64,000 nt of DNA from Narcine bancroftii (taxonomy: Eukaryota): the NCBI RefSeq assembly GCF_036971445.1, contig NC_091475.1:1426001-1490000 (forward strand), read 5' to 3'. Shown here in pieces: positions 40,480 to 53,929 of this stretch. How positions within the stretch are numbered: the stretch's first letter is position 1; each line of letters opens with the position of its first letter. The notes beneath the pieces were generated by a model. The model saw nothing but the letters and a program-made list of their open reading frames with translations, made no database searches and was not told the DNA's origin. The position numbers were made by a program, and so were the translations under genes.

Positions 40480-40920
40480 GGACAAAGGCAGAAATCGAAA
40501 AGTTGAGCATGCTAGGAATAAGGTTCTGAGTTTGTTCTATTTCAATGCAAGGAGTGTTGTAGGAAAGGTAGATGAACTTCGAGCATGGATCAGTAAGTGG
40601 AATGGTGGCCATTAGGGAGTCTTGGTTGCAGGATGGGCAGGACTGCCAGTTCAATTTTCCAGGGTTCCATGACAAAGATGGAGGGAAGGCATTGCATGTG
40701 GGGGAAAATGTTACAACAGTGCTTAGACAGGACAGACTAGAGGGCTCATCTACTAGGCTATGTGGGTGGAACCGAGGAATGATAAAGTGATGACCACATT
40801 AATGGGATTATCTTATCGACCACCCAATAGTCAGTGGCATTTAGAAGAGGAAATTTGTAGAGATAGAGCAGAAAGTTTCTATAGTGATTTTAACTTTCTT
40901 CGTATTGACTGGACTCCCTT
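40480..40920 (+). mobile_element. CR1-type LINE endonuclease fragment
   Basis: Broken frames read NARSV..K.DELRAWI, VAIRESWLQ and YRPPNS. Confidence 0.7.
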
Positions 40921-41869
40921 ACTAGAGGAAGTGGAATACCATGAAAAAGAGTAATTGAGGTAAGCAGAAGGAACTATTTAGCATGTCAAATCCATAAAGG
41001 CTCTTGATCAAAAAGACCCCAGCTAGTTTCAATCTTTGTAGCCTTTACATTCATTTAGATCCATATCCAGCTCCCAATTGATTCAACCACTGGCCCTACA
41101 TTCTACACCCAAACGACTTGCTCTGTTTTTAAAAAATCCTTGTGTTTCATTTGAGTGACTTTGGAGATTCCACAAAATGAGGTAGGGAAAGACTTTGTCC
41201 AACTTTTAGAATTCTTGGTCTGACACTTCTGACCTTTTGTATGACTGTCCGCATGACAAATAGTATAAAAATTGATGAAAATTGGTTTAATCAAAGGAAA
41301 TATTAATGTAATTAAGGAAAGTGGGTGCTGGTAAAATGTTTAATATATTGCAGTTTATTACAAAAGAGGAATGACGACACTGATGGCATCTGTAAAGAGG
41401 ACGTAAGATAGTGGACAGGTATGTATTAAGGAGGCCATTACCTTTTGGACAGTATATATTTTGGACAGTTAAACAAAGGTAAGTGGGGAGGGAGGGATTG
41501 TGGAGGTTCAAATCTTCAAATTCCAATTCTCTCTGACTACAGATGTGTTAAGGAATGTTCTTTTTGTACTTTTGTTTGGAATGAAAGGAAGAAATAAACT
41601 GATCAACTACCAGCTAATTAATTTGATTTAAATTTTTAATGAGATAAGAGTTGCTAAGGTGTGTCTGCATGAATTTTGACAATATTTTTGATGTGGTCCC
41701 ATATAGCAGTTAGTTTTTCTTTTAAAAAAGCCTGTAGGATTCAAGGGATAGTGAGAAGAAATATAAATCTTAATTTGACCCAGTAGTAGCTAACGAAGGG
41801 TACTAGACTCTCAGATCCAGATGAAATGTGTTCACAACCAACCAAATTGCCAATCTGGGCTAGTCCTAT

Positions 41870-42820
41870 TTAGAACCATAGAAAACTACAGCACAGAAAA
41901 CAGGCCATTCAGCCCTTCCAGTCTGTGCTGAAACATCATTCCTCTAGTCCTACTGACCTCCACCCATTCCATAACCCTCCAGACATCTCCCATCCACGTA
42001 TCTCCAATTTTTTCTTAAAACTTAAGAGTGAGCCTGTATTTACCACGTCAGATGGTAACCAGAACTGCACACAATACTCCAAATTTAACCTCACCATAAC
42101 TTCCCAACTCCTGTACTCAATACTTTGAATTATGAAGGCCGAGATGCCAAGAGTACTACCTGTGACACCACTCTCAGGCAATTATGTATCTATTCCCAGA
42201 TCCTTTTGTTCCTCTGCACCATTTAGGGTTAGGGTTAGGGTTGGGTTAGGGTCCTACCATTTACTACATATCCAGATCCCTCTGGAAGCTTTGAAAGCCT
42301 TCCTCGTTGTCCATGACGCCTCCAATCTTAGTCTCATCAGCAAACTGTTGATCCAATTTCCCACATTATCATACAGGTCATTGATACAGATAACAAATAA
42401 CAATAGTCCCAACACAGATCCCTGAGGCACACCACTAATCACAGGCCTCCAGTCTGTGATTAGTCCACTACCATTCTGTCTTCTCTCATTCAGCCAATTT
42501 CAAATCCATTTTAAAACCTCTCCATGGATACCTAGTGTGAACCTTCTGAACTAACCTCCCATGTGGGACCTTGTCAGAGGCCTTACTAAACTTCATGTAG
42601 ACAACATCCACAGCCTTCTACTTTCTTGGTAACCACCTCAGAAAACTCTTAAGATTCATTAAACATGATCTACCAGGCACAAAGCCTTGCTGACTAGTCT
42701 TAGTCCAAATACTTGTATATCTTATCTCTCAGAACACCCTCCAATAATTTACCCACAACTGACATCAGGCTCACCGGCCTGTAATTTCCTGGTTTACTTT
42801 TGAGGTCTTTTTTTAAACAA
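41870..42820 (-). mobile_element. CR1-type LINE fragments (RT to 3' tail, internally deleted)
   Basis: Reads ISGVPQGSVLG and LEYCVQFW, with a CR1 tail. Confidence 0.8.
42223..42251 (+). repeat. Short interstitial telomeric repeat (TTAGGG)3-TTGGG-TTAGGG
   Basis: Directly visible. Confidence 0.85.
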
Positions 42821-43219
42821 CAGAATCCCTTACTAATCACAGAGCACCTATGGTAAAGAGATTACTTAAGGTGGTATGTGAAGTAGAGAGAAAAGGTTTG
42901 AAAACCACTGACTAAACCCTTACTATCCACCTATCTGTTTTTTCAGTCATTATTGTACTTGCTTTTGTAGTTTCCTATGGCAGCTTGTTCCATGAACTTG
43001 ACACTTTCTGAATGGAAAAAAAGTCTCTCAACTGTCTCATGTCTACACTTTTCTATCCTGGGGGAAAAAGACTTAGCATTTACTTTATTCATGCCCCCTA
43101 ATGATGGATGCACAAAGGAACTAAAACTAGTTATTGAACACCCTAATATATTAACTATTTGTTTCCTGTTCAAGAACGATTAAAAAAACTTTGCACAGGC
43201 TGCAGGGTAGGAAATGTTT

Positions 43220-46200
43220 TAAATATACACAGTCATTTTCTCCCCTTTTTTCCCCCTCCCTCCTTCCTACCCCCCTCCAAACCCATTAAACATTCAACAT
43301 ATACAATACAATAAAGTCATTAAACAATGTCATCACACAATGAAAATAAACAAGAAAATTGTGTCATCTACTTTTACATATTGAGTCAGTTCATTTCGTC
43401 GTCTTCTCATTCTATTATTTTAGGGGGTGGAGGTCTGCGGTAGGCCATCTCTGTTGTGTTTCATGTACGGACCCCAAATTTGTTCAAATAATGTGACTTT
43501 ATTTTTTTAATTGTATGTTTTTTTTTCAATGGAATACACTTAATCATTTCCATCTACCATTGCTGTACTCTCAGGCTCTCTACTGATTTCTCACATGCCC
43601 AAATTACATGTACTGTTGTTCCCATTTCCTTCTTACAGCAAAAACATCTATCTGATACTGTTGGGTCCCATTTATTTAACTCTTGATATATATAGCCTGT
43701 GTAACCAATTATATTGTATCATGCGTAACCTCGTATTTATTATATTTCTCATAGTTCCGGAGCATAACTTTTTCCATATTTCAATTTTTATCTTTATGTT
43801 TAGATCTTTTCTCACTTTTGTTTGGGTTTATTGCTTATTTCATCATTTTCTTTCAGCTTGATGTACATGTTATAAATCTTTTAGTTATCATTGTGTCTGT
43901 AATCACATATTCAAAGCTGCTTCCTTCTGGTAATCTCAGTCTGCTTCCCAATTTGTCCTTTAAGTAGGTTTTCAGTTGGTGGTATGCAAACATTGCACCA
44001 TGAGTTATTCCATATTTGTACTTCATTTGTTCAAATGATAATAAATTATTTCCCAAAAAACAATTTTCTATTCTTTTGATCCCTTTTCTCTCCCATTCTC
44101 TAAAGGAAAGGTTATCTATTGTGAAAGGGATTAGTTGATTTTGTGTCAATAATAATTTTGGTAGTTGGTAATTTGTTTTTTTCCTTTCTACGTTAATCTT
44201 CTTCCAAATGTTGAGCAGATGGTGCAGTACTGGTGAATTCCTATGTTCCACCAGCTTTTCATCCCACTTATAAAGTATATGTTCAGGTACCTTCTCCCCT
44301 ATTTTATCTAGCTCTAATCTGGTCCAATCTGGTTTTTCTCTTGTTTGATAAAAATCTGATAGATATCTTAATTGTGCTGCTCTATAATAATTTTTAAAGT
44401 TTGGTAGCTGCAAACCACCTTGTTTGTACCATTCTGTTAATTTATCTAGCGCTATCCTCGGTTTCCCCCTTTCCATAAGAATTTCCTTATTATTCTCTTT
44501 AGTTCATTGAAGAATTTCTCTGTTAAGGGAATTGGTAATGATTGAAATAAGTATTGTATCCTTGGGAACATATTCATTTTAATGGAATTTACCCTTCCTA
44601 TCAGTGTTAGTGGTAAATATTTCCAATGTTCTAAGTCATCCTGTAGTTTTTTCATTAATGGCTGATAATTTAATTTGTATAGGTGGGCTAAATTATTATC
44701 TAATCTAGGTATCGGATTGCTTGTGTTTGCCATTTAAATGGTGACTCTTTTCTAAACTCTGATTAATCTGCATTATTCATTGGCATCACTTCACTTTTAT
44801 TTGCTTTGATCTTGTACCCCAATATTTCTCCATATTCCTTCAATTTCTTATGTAATTCTTTTATTGATAATTCTGGTTCTGTTAAGTATACTATGATCTT
44901 ATCTGCAAATAAACTGATTTTATATTCCTTCCCTTTTATTTTTATCCCTTTTATTTTATTTTCTGTTCTTATCAATTCTGCCAATGGTTCTATTGCTAAA
45001 GCGAACAGTGAGGGAGATAGTTGACATCCCTGTCTAGTTGACCTGCTTAATTTAAATTGGCTCGATATATATCCATTTACTCTCACCCTCGTCATTGGTC
45101 CCTTATACATTGCTTTAATCTAATTAATATATTTCTCTGGTAGGTTGAACCTCTGTAATACTTTGAATAAATAATTCCATTCTACCCTGTCAAAGGCTTT
45201 CTCTGCGTCTAAAGCAACACCCACTGTTGGTATCTTATTTCCTTGTACTGCATGGATTAAGTTAATGAACTTTCAGACATTGTCTGTTGTTCGTGTTTTC
45301 TTAATAAATCCACTTTGATCTTGTTTTACTATTTTTGGTACAGTCGGCCAATCTGTTTGCTAATAGTTTTGCTATTATAATCTGAGTTAAGTAGAGATTT
45401 TGATCTATACGATGCTGGTGTTAGTGGATCTTTCCCTGTCTTTGGTATTACTGTAATTATTGCTGTTTTACATGAATCTGGCAAGTTTTGTGTCCCTTCT
45501 ATCTGGTTCATTACTTCCAGGAGAGGAGGAATTAATAACTCTTTAAATGTTTTATAGAATTCTATTGGGAGTCCTTCCTCTCAAGTCGTTTTATTGTTCA
45601 GTAGCTTTTTTAATATATCCTGTATTTCCTCTATTTCAAATGGTTTTATCAATTTGTTTTGCTCCTCTTCTTGCAATTTCGGTAGTTCAATTTTAGCTAA
45701 AAACTCATCTATTTTGTCTTCTTTCCCTTCGTTCTCAGTTTGGTATAATTGCTCGTAGAATTCCTTGAAGTTTTCATTGATCTCTGTTGGGTTATATGTA
45801 ATTTGTTTGTCCTTTTTCCTTGATGCCAATACTGTTCTTTTAGCTAGTTCTGTTTTAAGCTGCCAGGCTAGTATTTTGTGTGTTTTTTCACCAAGCTCAT
45901 AATACATCTGCTTTATTTTCATTATGTTCTTCTCCACCTTATACGTTTGTAATGTTTCGGTTTTTTTTTTGTCCACCAATTCTCTTCTTTTTGTTGTATC
46001 TTCCCTTGTTGCTAGTTCTTTTTCTGTACTTACTAGTTCCCTTTCCAGCTGTTCTTTTTCCTGATTGTAGTCCTTTTTCATCTTAGTTACATAACTTATT
46101 ATCTGCCCTCTGATGAAGGCTTTCATTACATCCCATAATATAAATTTGTCTTTCACTGATTCCGTATTTATTTCAAAGTACATTTTAATTTGGCGGTCAA

Positions 46201-48957
46201 TAAATTCTCTAAATTCCTGTCTTTTAAGTAGCATGGAGTTTAATCTCCATCTATATGTTCTTGGTGGGATGTCCTCAAGTTCTATTGCTAATAACAGGTG
46301 TGAGTGATCAGATAACAATCAAGCTTTATATCGTTTTCCTAACTCTCCCTTGGATATGGGCTGACAACAGGAACAGATCAATCCTATGTTTTATGTCTAC
46401 TCGAATAATATGAGTATTCCTTCTTCTTTGGGTGTTGCCTCCTCCATATATCCAAAAGTTGCATTTCCTGCATTGATTTAACCATAAATTTGGTTACTTT
46501 GTTCTTTTTGCTAGTCTTTGGTCCAGTTTTATCCACCTTTGGGTTCAAATTAAGGTTAAACTCCCCTCCTATCAATATATTCCCCTGCGTATCTGCAATC
46601 TTCAAAAAAATATCTTGCATAAACTTTTGATTCTCTTCATTAGGTTCATATATATTGACCAAATTCCAGAGTTCTGAATATATCTGACACTTTATCATTA
46701 CATATCTCACTGCTGGGTCTATTATTTCCTCCTCTATCTTGATTGGTACATTTTTGTTAACTAATATGGCTACTCCTCTAGCTTTTGAGTTATATGATGC
46801 TGCCGATATGTGTCCTACCCAATCTCTCTTCAATTTGTTATGTCCCACCTCGGTTTGATGGGTTTCCTGCACAAATGCTATGTCCACTTTTTCTTTTTTC
46901 AGTAAATTTAGTAGCCTCTTCCTTTTAATTTGGTTATTTATTCCATTAATGTTTATAGTCATATAATTCAATGTGACCATCATATCTTGTTTACACCTCT
47001 TCCGCCTCCTCGCCACCTCCATCCCCTTTTTTTCCATTATTATCTTTTAAGTTTCCCTTTTTAATCTCAATGTATGACAACACACTTAAAACATAAAATA
47101 CTCCAACAATTCCCACAACCAATAACACCTTAATCCCAAATGAACCCGCCCTCCTTGGATTGCCCCTTATCTCTTGCTGGGCAACCACAACTCCCCTTTC
47201 CATTTGGTTTGCGATCTTACTCATAAGTGTCAACTGATTTCGCAGTGACAGTTATTCTCCCGCCCCATTCCCCCCAGAAAACACTTTTTCTATACATATA
47301 ACAAAGCTCTTTACCCCCCTTCTTCCTTTCCCTTCTCTTTTCCATCTTTAGATCTTTATATATACATTATTTTTACTTTATATTATTACATCTTTTTGTA
47401 TATTTTATGGCCAGTCTTCTTTCTTGTCACTCCTCTTCATCTTTTGTCCTGCAAACGTTCTGCAAATTCTTGTGCTTTCTTCAGATCCGAGAACAGCCTA
47501 TTTTGTTCCCCAGGTATCAATACTTTAAATACAGCTGGAAATCTTAACATGAATTTATAGCCTTCCATAAAATTGTTTTCGCCGTATTGAACTCCTTCCT
47601 CTTCTTTAAGAGTTCAAAACTTATGTCCAGGTAAAAAAATATTTTTTGTCCCTTATATTCCAACGGCTTATTATCTTCTCCAACTTTATTCCTTGCCTGC
47701 TCCAGAATATTCTCTCATCATATATCTTAAAAGTTTTACTAAGATGGATCTCGGTTTTTGATGTGACTGCGGTTTTGGCACTAATGCTCTATGTGCCCTT
47801 TCTATTTCTATTCATGCAAATCTGTCATTCCCAAAACCTTCGGGATCCATCCTTTTATAAATTCCTTCATGTCTGAGCCTTCCTCATCCTCCTTCAGGCC
47901 CACTATTTTTATGTTGTTTCGTCTACTATAATTTTCCAACATATCAATTTTCTGAGATAACAACTCTTGTGTCTCTAATTTTTTGCCACTTTCTTCCAAT
48001 TTTTCTCTTAAATCATTTACTTCCATTTCTACAGCAGTTTCCCATTCCTCCACATTTTCTACTCGTTTCCCTATTTCTGTCATGACCAGTTCTAAACTTT
48101 GCATTTTATCTTCTGCTCTTTTCATTTTTCTTTTAATTGCACTAAATTCTAATGATAACCATTCTTTTAATAACCTAATTTGCTCTTCAAAAAAGGCTTT
48201 ATCTATATTTTGTCCATCTGTTTTACCTTCTTTTTCCCTGTGAAGATCTTGGTCTCCCTCCTCTTCTGTGTCTGTACCTGTGTTTGTGTCTCTTCTGCTC
48301 TTTCTGATGTTACTTTTATGTCTTTGTCGGTCCTCCTCTTGCTGGGCCACTTGCTGTTGGGCCTCCGGTTGCAGGCTGTCTGTCTGCTGGGCCTCCTGCT
48401 AAAGATCGTGTTGTCATCGATCACCCTGTTGCCATTCTCCCTCTTCCGGCCCATCAATTCTTTCCTTGCCATTATTTTGTTTTTCTTGATTGTAGGTTTC
48501 CTCCAGCTGAGCACCCCGATTCTGGGCCTCTCTCAGCTGGTCGCGCTGTAGCTGCTCACTCTTCGGCTGAGCCTCCCTCCCGCTGGTGTTCACTTTGTCT
48601 TTTGATTGCGCACTGCGCACTTTTGTTTAGCTCCAAGAGCCATTTTTGAAGTCCACCGGTTGGGAGGTCGTGACTTCGCTGGGCACTCACCAACTTCAGA
48701 GATCGGCTGCTGTTCACCACTGCAGCTCCCTGCTCTCGCATGCAGGTAAGTCCTTCAGTGATTTTTCCTTTTTTTTCTGTTGTTCTTACTTTCTCTCTTT
48801 TGGGTGCCATCTTCTGGCTCTTTTCTGTAACTTTATCTTCTATTTCCTGCGTTTTATGTTTGTTGAGCTCTGTTTTTTCCAAGCTTTTTTTTTTCTTTTT
48901 TCTGGAGAGGGCTGGTTCTCCCTGACCGCCCACTACTCCATCACATGACTCCCTCCA
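43220..48957 (-). mobile_element. Near full-length decayed L1-clade LINE (5' UTR, ORF1 at about 47420-48810, ORF2 at about 43420-46985, 3' UTR)
   Basis: ORF1 has a coiled coil and LENYSRRNNIKIVGL. ORF2 has the EN start MTININGIN...AFVQETH, SDH and RT motifs. Multiple frameshifts. Confidence 0.93.
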
Positions 48958-49739
48958 GAGGAGGGAATGTTGATGTAAATAAACATTTAGAGTTTTAGAA
49001 TATGAAAGATTGTAAAGAATTTCTGTAAGAATATAGTGGAAGTCTTCAATGAAGGAAAATAATTAAAGAAATTATGTCATGCCTTTACTCTTTCACTCCA
49101 CTGAAGTCTCACAGCCTAACCCTAATTAGGTCAATGTTTTGGGAGGATTATAAGACCAGAATTTGCTCACACACAATGCTTAGAATATCAGGATGACACA
49201 TTTCCACCATCTCTGTCCTATACAGCTATGGACATATGGCGAAGCAAGAACAAAAAGAATTACAACATGGGGGCCATGAAGCCAGAGATGGACAGAAACT
49301 CTGGAAAATCTCTCTTCATGCTCAAGTGTTTAAAAAGTCATCTGGAATATTGATCTTGTGATGCCTCACACATTGTCATAAATTAAGCAATGTTTATTTA
49401 ACCTCCATTAGGCCTATTGACCTGCTGGTTAATTGCGTTATTGAAAATGCCATATCCATAAAATTCTCAAAGAATTATCTGAGGAGTCACATAACCTTTA
49501 TTCTCAGTTATTACTCTAAAAAATGCTAAGTGAAAATACAGTCACTTTTGTCCGATAACAGGTTTCTGAAGAACATTTTCAGAAATAATGTTAATTGAGA
49601 ATTATTTTTTTATAATCAATAATTTTCCTTTGCTGTTTCAATTTTTTTGGTTTCCTAGGATGCAAGTGGATGCACAATCAGTCAGATGAGATTTATTTGG
49701 CTGAATAGTCTTTTGTTGCCTTCCTTTTTAGGAGTTCTT

Positions 49740-50935
49740 ATATGGCAGATGCAATATTGCCGGTTCTACGCTCAGCTCTGGATCACCTCGAAAACAGCAA
49801 CTCATAAATATGGCTGCTCTTCATCGACTACAGCTCAGCCTCAACACCATTATTCCCTCAATGATGCTGAAGAAGCTACAAACTCTGGGCCTCTGTACCC
49901 TCCTCTGCAACTGAATCCTTGACCTTCTCATCAGAAAAGCAGTCAGTACAAATTAGAATCAACATCTCCTCACTGATCATCCACACAGGTGCACCCCAAG
50001 GATGTGCGCTTAGACCACTGGTACAATTCCAATGCCATCTAGGTTTGCTGGTGACACCACAGTTGTCGGCAGAATCACAAACCGCCACGAGAAGCATACA
50101 GGAAGCAGATGAGCAGCTCTTTGATTGGTGTCTGTGATGATGTAATGGAGGGGTGTATTATACTGACTGCTTCTCATGTATGGAGTTGTTTGCTATTGGC
50201 TATGGCTGTATCAGTGTCACATCAATAATCTTGTGCTCAACATCAGCAAACCCAAGGAGATTATTGTGGACTTCAGGAGGAAAGCAGGGGAACACAACCC
50301 AGTCCTCATCAATGGCTCAGTAGTGAAGAGTCAAGAACTTCAAATTCCTGGGTGTCAACATCTCCGAGGACCTGTCCTGGAGCCTCTATGTTGATGCAAT
50401 CACAAAGAAGGCTTGCCAGCAGCTGCGGCTATACTTAGTGAGGTGTCTGAGGAGATCTTAGTACATTACTGAAGACTCTCGTAAACTTCTACAGGTTTAC
50501 TTGGAGAGCATTCTGGCTGGTTGCATCACTGCCTGGTATGGAGGCGTCAACTTTCAGGACAAGAATAAAGTCCAGAGGGTTGTTAACTTGGCCTGCGACA
50601 TCACAGGCACCAGACTTCACTCCATCGAGGACATCCACATGAGGCGGTGTCTTAAAAAAGTATCCTCAAAGACCCCAATCACCCAGGCCATTCCCTCTTC
50701 ACTCTGCTACCATCGGGGAAAAGGTACAAGAGCCTAAAGATGAGCACTCAACAGCACAAGGACAGTTTCTTCCCCGCTGCCATCAGATTTCCAAATAATC
50801 AATGAACCAAAACACTGCCTTACTTTTGTGCACTATTTACTGTTGTTTTTTTATAGTCATGTCAGAAGATGTTTGGACTATGACGACCCTGCCAAATTTC
50901 ATGACTTGTTCATGACAATAAATTCTGATTCTGGA
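49740..50935 (+). mobile_element. Rex1/Babar-like LINE (RT to 3' tail)
   Basis: Reads TGAPQGC, LNISKPKEIIVDFRR and ESILAGCITAWYG; tail is atgacaataaattctgattct. Confidence 0.8.
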
Positions 50936-52699
50936 GTGATCTAAAAGTTGCAGCTCTCTATGGCCTCATTCATTTGGAATGTTCTTTGTGTAGCAGGTTG
51001 GCATGAACAACCCTCCACATCTAAATCTGTGGCAGCTTTGTGACATGAATAATAAATTTGTTGGAAGGCAGGAGATGCCAAGTACTTACACAGAATTGTG
51101 GGCAAATAGGTTTTCCTTGAGATAGTTTATGCCAGGAATTGGAAAAGAATGTGTGGGTATCTATCCTATTTTCTTCAATATCAATAACGCAACTTCGCAC
51201 TTTGTCTGATGTGTATTGGCTCCTTTGAGAAGGAATTAGGCCAAGTCTGGCAGAAGTGATAATGGCATCATTTACTGATATGGTAAATGGATTAAAGTGA
51301 ACAGGTGCATGGTCAATGTTATATTCTAGGCAAATTTTCATCATGAAACATGAAGGGAGATTTTCAGTTTCTGCCCATCTCTGGCTTTGTAGCCGAATGT
51401 TGTATTTTTTTTAAAGCTTGCTTCTCCATAGATCGCATGTCTGCAGGAGTATAGAAGAGGTGCTGGAAACATGCCGTCATGATATTCCAAGTATTTTGTG
51501 TGGGCAAGTGCTGGCCTTATAATCATTTCTAAACATTCATATAACTAGGGTTAGACTGGGATACCTCAGTAAATGGAATAGTAAAGTGGTAGTCTAAATA
51601 ATACCATTAATGAAGAAACTTGGAATATATTTGATCAATCTATAAAAAATTGTTGATGCAAGTTCTAATTAAAAAATGCTAACAAGATTCAAGATTTCTT
51701 TATTGTCATGTAATAAAACAAGTGGAATATTATAAAATTTTATTTAGTCTGCTATAAAGCAGACAGATTTGCCTTCAGCAGAAATTACAGGGCGACTCTT
51801 ACAGTCAGAGAAAGAGAAGCAGAAGAGCGTGCCCCCAGTCACTGAGTGTGGATGGATCTGTCTCCAGCACTCCAGCAACCTCTGCAGCCACACAGACCCC
51901 AAACTAAACAATTGGCAAGCCAAGCTCCAGAGCCAAACATCTGACACAATCAGGGAGCCTTTAGCACCCAACGCATCCTTTCACATCCTGGTATAGAGAC
52001 GTGGTACAGTTCTGATACCTGGTACCTTTTCAACCAGTCTGGAGCTAGTCTCCAGCCGTCCACAGTTTGGTGTGAGTTCTTTGACCGCAGTCACCAACAA
52101 TCTGCAGCCCGGACATCTCCTCTGCTTCTCCTCAAACAGACGGTGATCTCCCAGTTTTCTGGTGCCCCGTGCCAATCCTCTGCTTCCCCAAGACTGCAAC
52201 CCCATCAGGCTTCTTCTGAACAAAGGCACTGTCATCTTGTGCCCTGACCCCAAGGATGCAGGATTTTAAAATAAACCACTGTCGGCTCTTTTAACGGTAG
52301 TTTAAAGCCTGTACGGAGTCGTCAGTAGTTTGACTGGGCAGTAAAACACTGCGGAGAAGCACTGAGTCTTCTCTTCCTTGCTCTCCATAGGTCGCCACCC
52401 ACTCTGGCAGCGGCCGCCATTTTTTTAGAAATGTATGCTGACCAGATTTCTTTGGACACCCAAGCTCACCAGTATTATCTGGAGAAGAGTGATTCAGTCA
52501 TGATTCACATTACATACAAAAGGTGTTAATAATTTTGAGAAATCGGATAGCTATGTTATATTAACACTTGTTTAAGGAGATTTTGCATAACGAAGGGAAT
52601 TCATAAGCAGATAAAGGAACAACTCTTTTCTCAACAAAGAAATTCCAGAACAACAAGACATAATATGGGTGACACAGATGGCCATTAACACACACTATT

Positions 52700-52802
52700 C
52701 TTCTTTCTTCTTTGGCTTGGCTTCGCGGACGAAGATTTATGGAGGGGGTAAAAAGTCCACGTCAGCTGCAGGCTCGTTTGTGGCTGACCAGTCCGATGCG
52801 GG
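52700..52802 (-). mobile_element. Very short RTE-clade LINE 3' end inserted in a V-SINE
   Basis: Reverse complement of the 53244-53335 sequence, with a 12-bp TSD ACACACACTATT at 52688-52699 and 52803-52814. Confidence 0.8.
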
Positions 52803-53195
52803 ACACACACTATTACAGCTCTGTCAACCTGAATTTGAATTGGGCTCTCTGTGAAGAGTTTGTACGTTCTCCTTGTGACTGTGTAGGTTTCTCCAGCTGC
52901 TTGTTTCCTCTCATGTTCTAAAAGACATAGAAGTTGGTAATTTGATTGGTCATATGGGTGTAATTGGACTTGTGCACCAGAAGGGCCCATTACTATGAAG
53001 TATATCTAAATTTAAAAATAAATAAATATTTATAATGTGGAAAGATTTGCCAAGGAATCAGTTCTAACGACAATGTTTCAACAAATCATAATCTCTGCTT
53101 AGCATGTATCCGGTCTCTATGAAACTAACATTATATATATGGAGAAAACTTTTCTCAGAAAAGACTAAATATAAAATCCCAAATTTATTAATGAC

Positions 53196-53335
53196 CCAAC
53201 ACCCAACCCCAACCCACCAATTTTCCCCTGCAGCCGCTGCAACCGTGTCTGACTTGTCAGCCACAAACGAGCCTGCAGCTGACGTGGACATTTACCCCCT
53301 CCATAAATCTTCGTCCGCGAAGCCAAGCCAAAGAG
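53196..53335 (+). mobile_element. Short RTE-clade LINE 3' end
   Basis: Encodes PIFPCSRCNRV...LVSHKRACS*, like an RTE ORF C-terminus, with TSD AATGAC at 53190-53195 and 53336-53341. Confidence 0.75.
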
Positions 53336-53929
53336 AATGACGTTTTACATGAATTATATGTGCGTCTGCCAATCTTTATATTTAAAATGTCAGCAAAATT
53401 TGATACTTTTATTCGAGTTTAATGTGAGACTGCTCCAATGGCCTGGATTTTGTGAAACCAGTCACACTCAGATATCAAACTGATCTGGATATCAGAAAGA
53501 AGAACTTGCAAGCAAAACCCTCTTGGAACTGGATGATGAGGCTATCTGTGTTGCAACAGCCTTGTGTGACAATATTGGGTCATCAAGTTTTGACCCTGAA
53601 CCAGATGTCAAAGCTACACCTCCAGCATTCCCTTGGTAATATTAGTAATAGGTTTATTATTCATAAGTACAATATATATGTGCAGCAAAAGTTTTATTTA
53701 CTGCAGCCTAACAAGTACTTCATAAAAGAAAAACTCCAATAGAATAAATTACTGTGCAGAAAGATAAGAGAATAAATATTCAGTTACAGTTAGTGGAATG
53801 GTGCAGACAGGTCTTTTTGTGATATCAGAGTAGTTTATGATTGGAATAGTATGGGGTGGTTCAAGAGCGTGATAACCATTGGAAAAGAATGTTCTTGAAC
53901 CTAAAAGTGGTGGACTTTAGGTGTCCGTA

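Noticed and set aside
43201-48980. TSD for the near full-length L1 (gggtaggaaatgtt / ggagggaatgtt)
   Set aside because: Too degenerate to call.
49659-49690. Strong acceptor followed by a short frame (possible extra exon)
   Set aside because: It has no recognisable homology, and TMEM39A already terminates at 39927.
50130-50215. C/D-box snoRNA-like motifs (GTGATGA...CTGA)
   Set aside because: The boxes are only about 25 nt apart, lie inside a LINE fragment and have no terminal stem.
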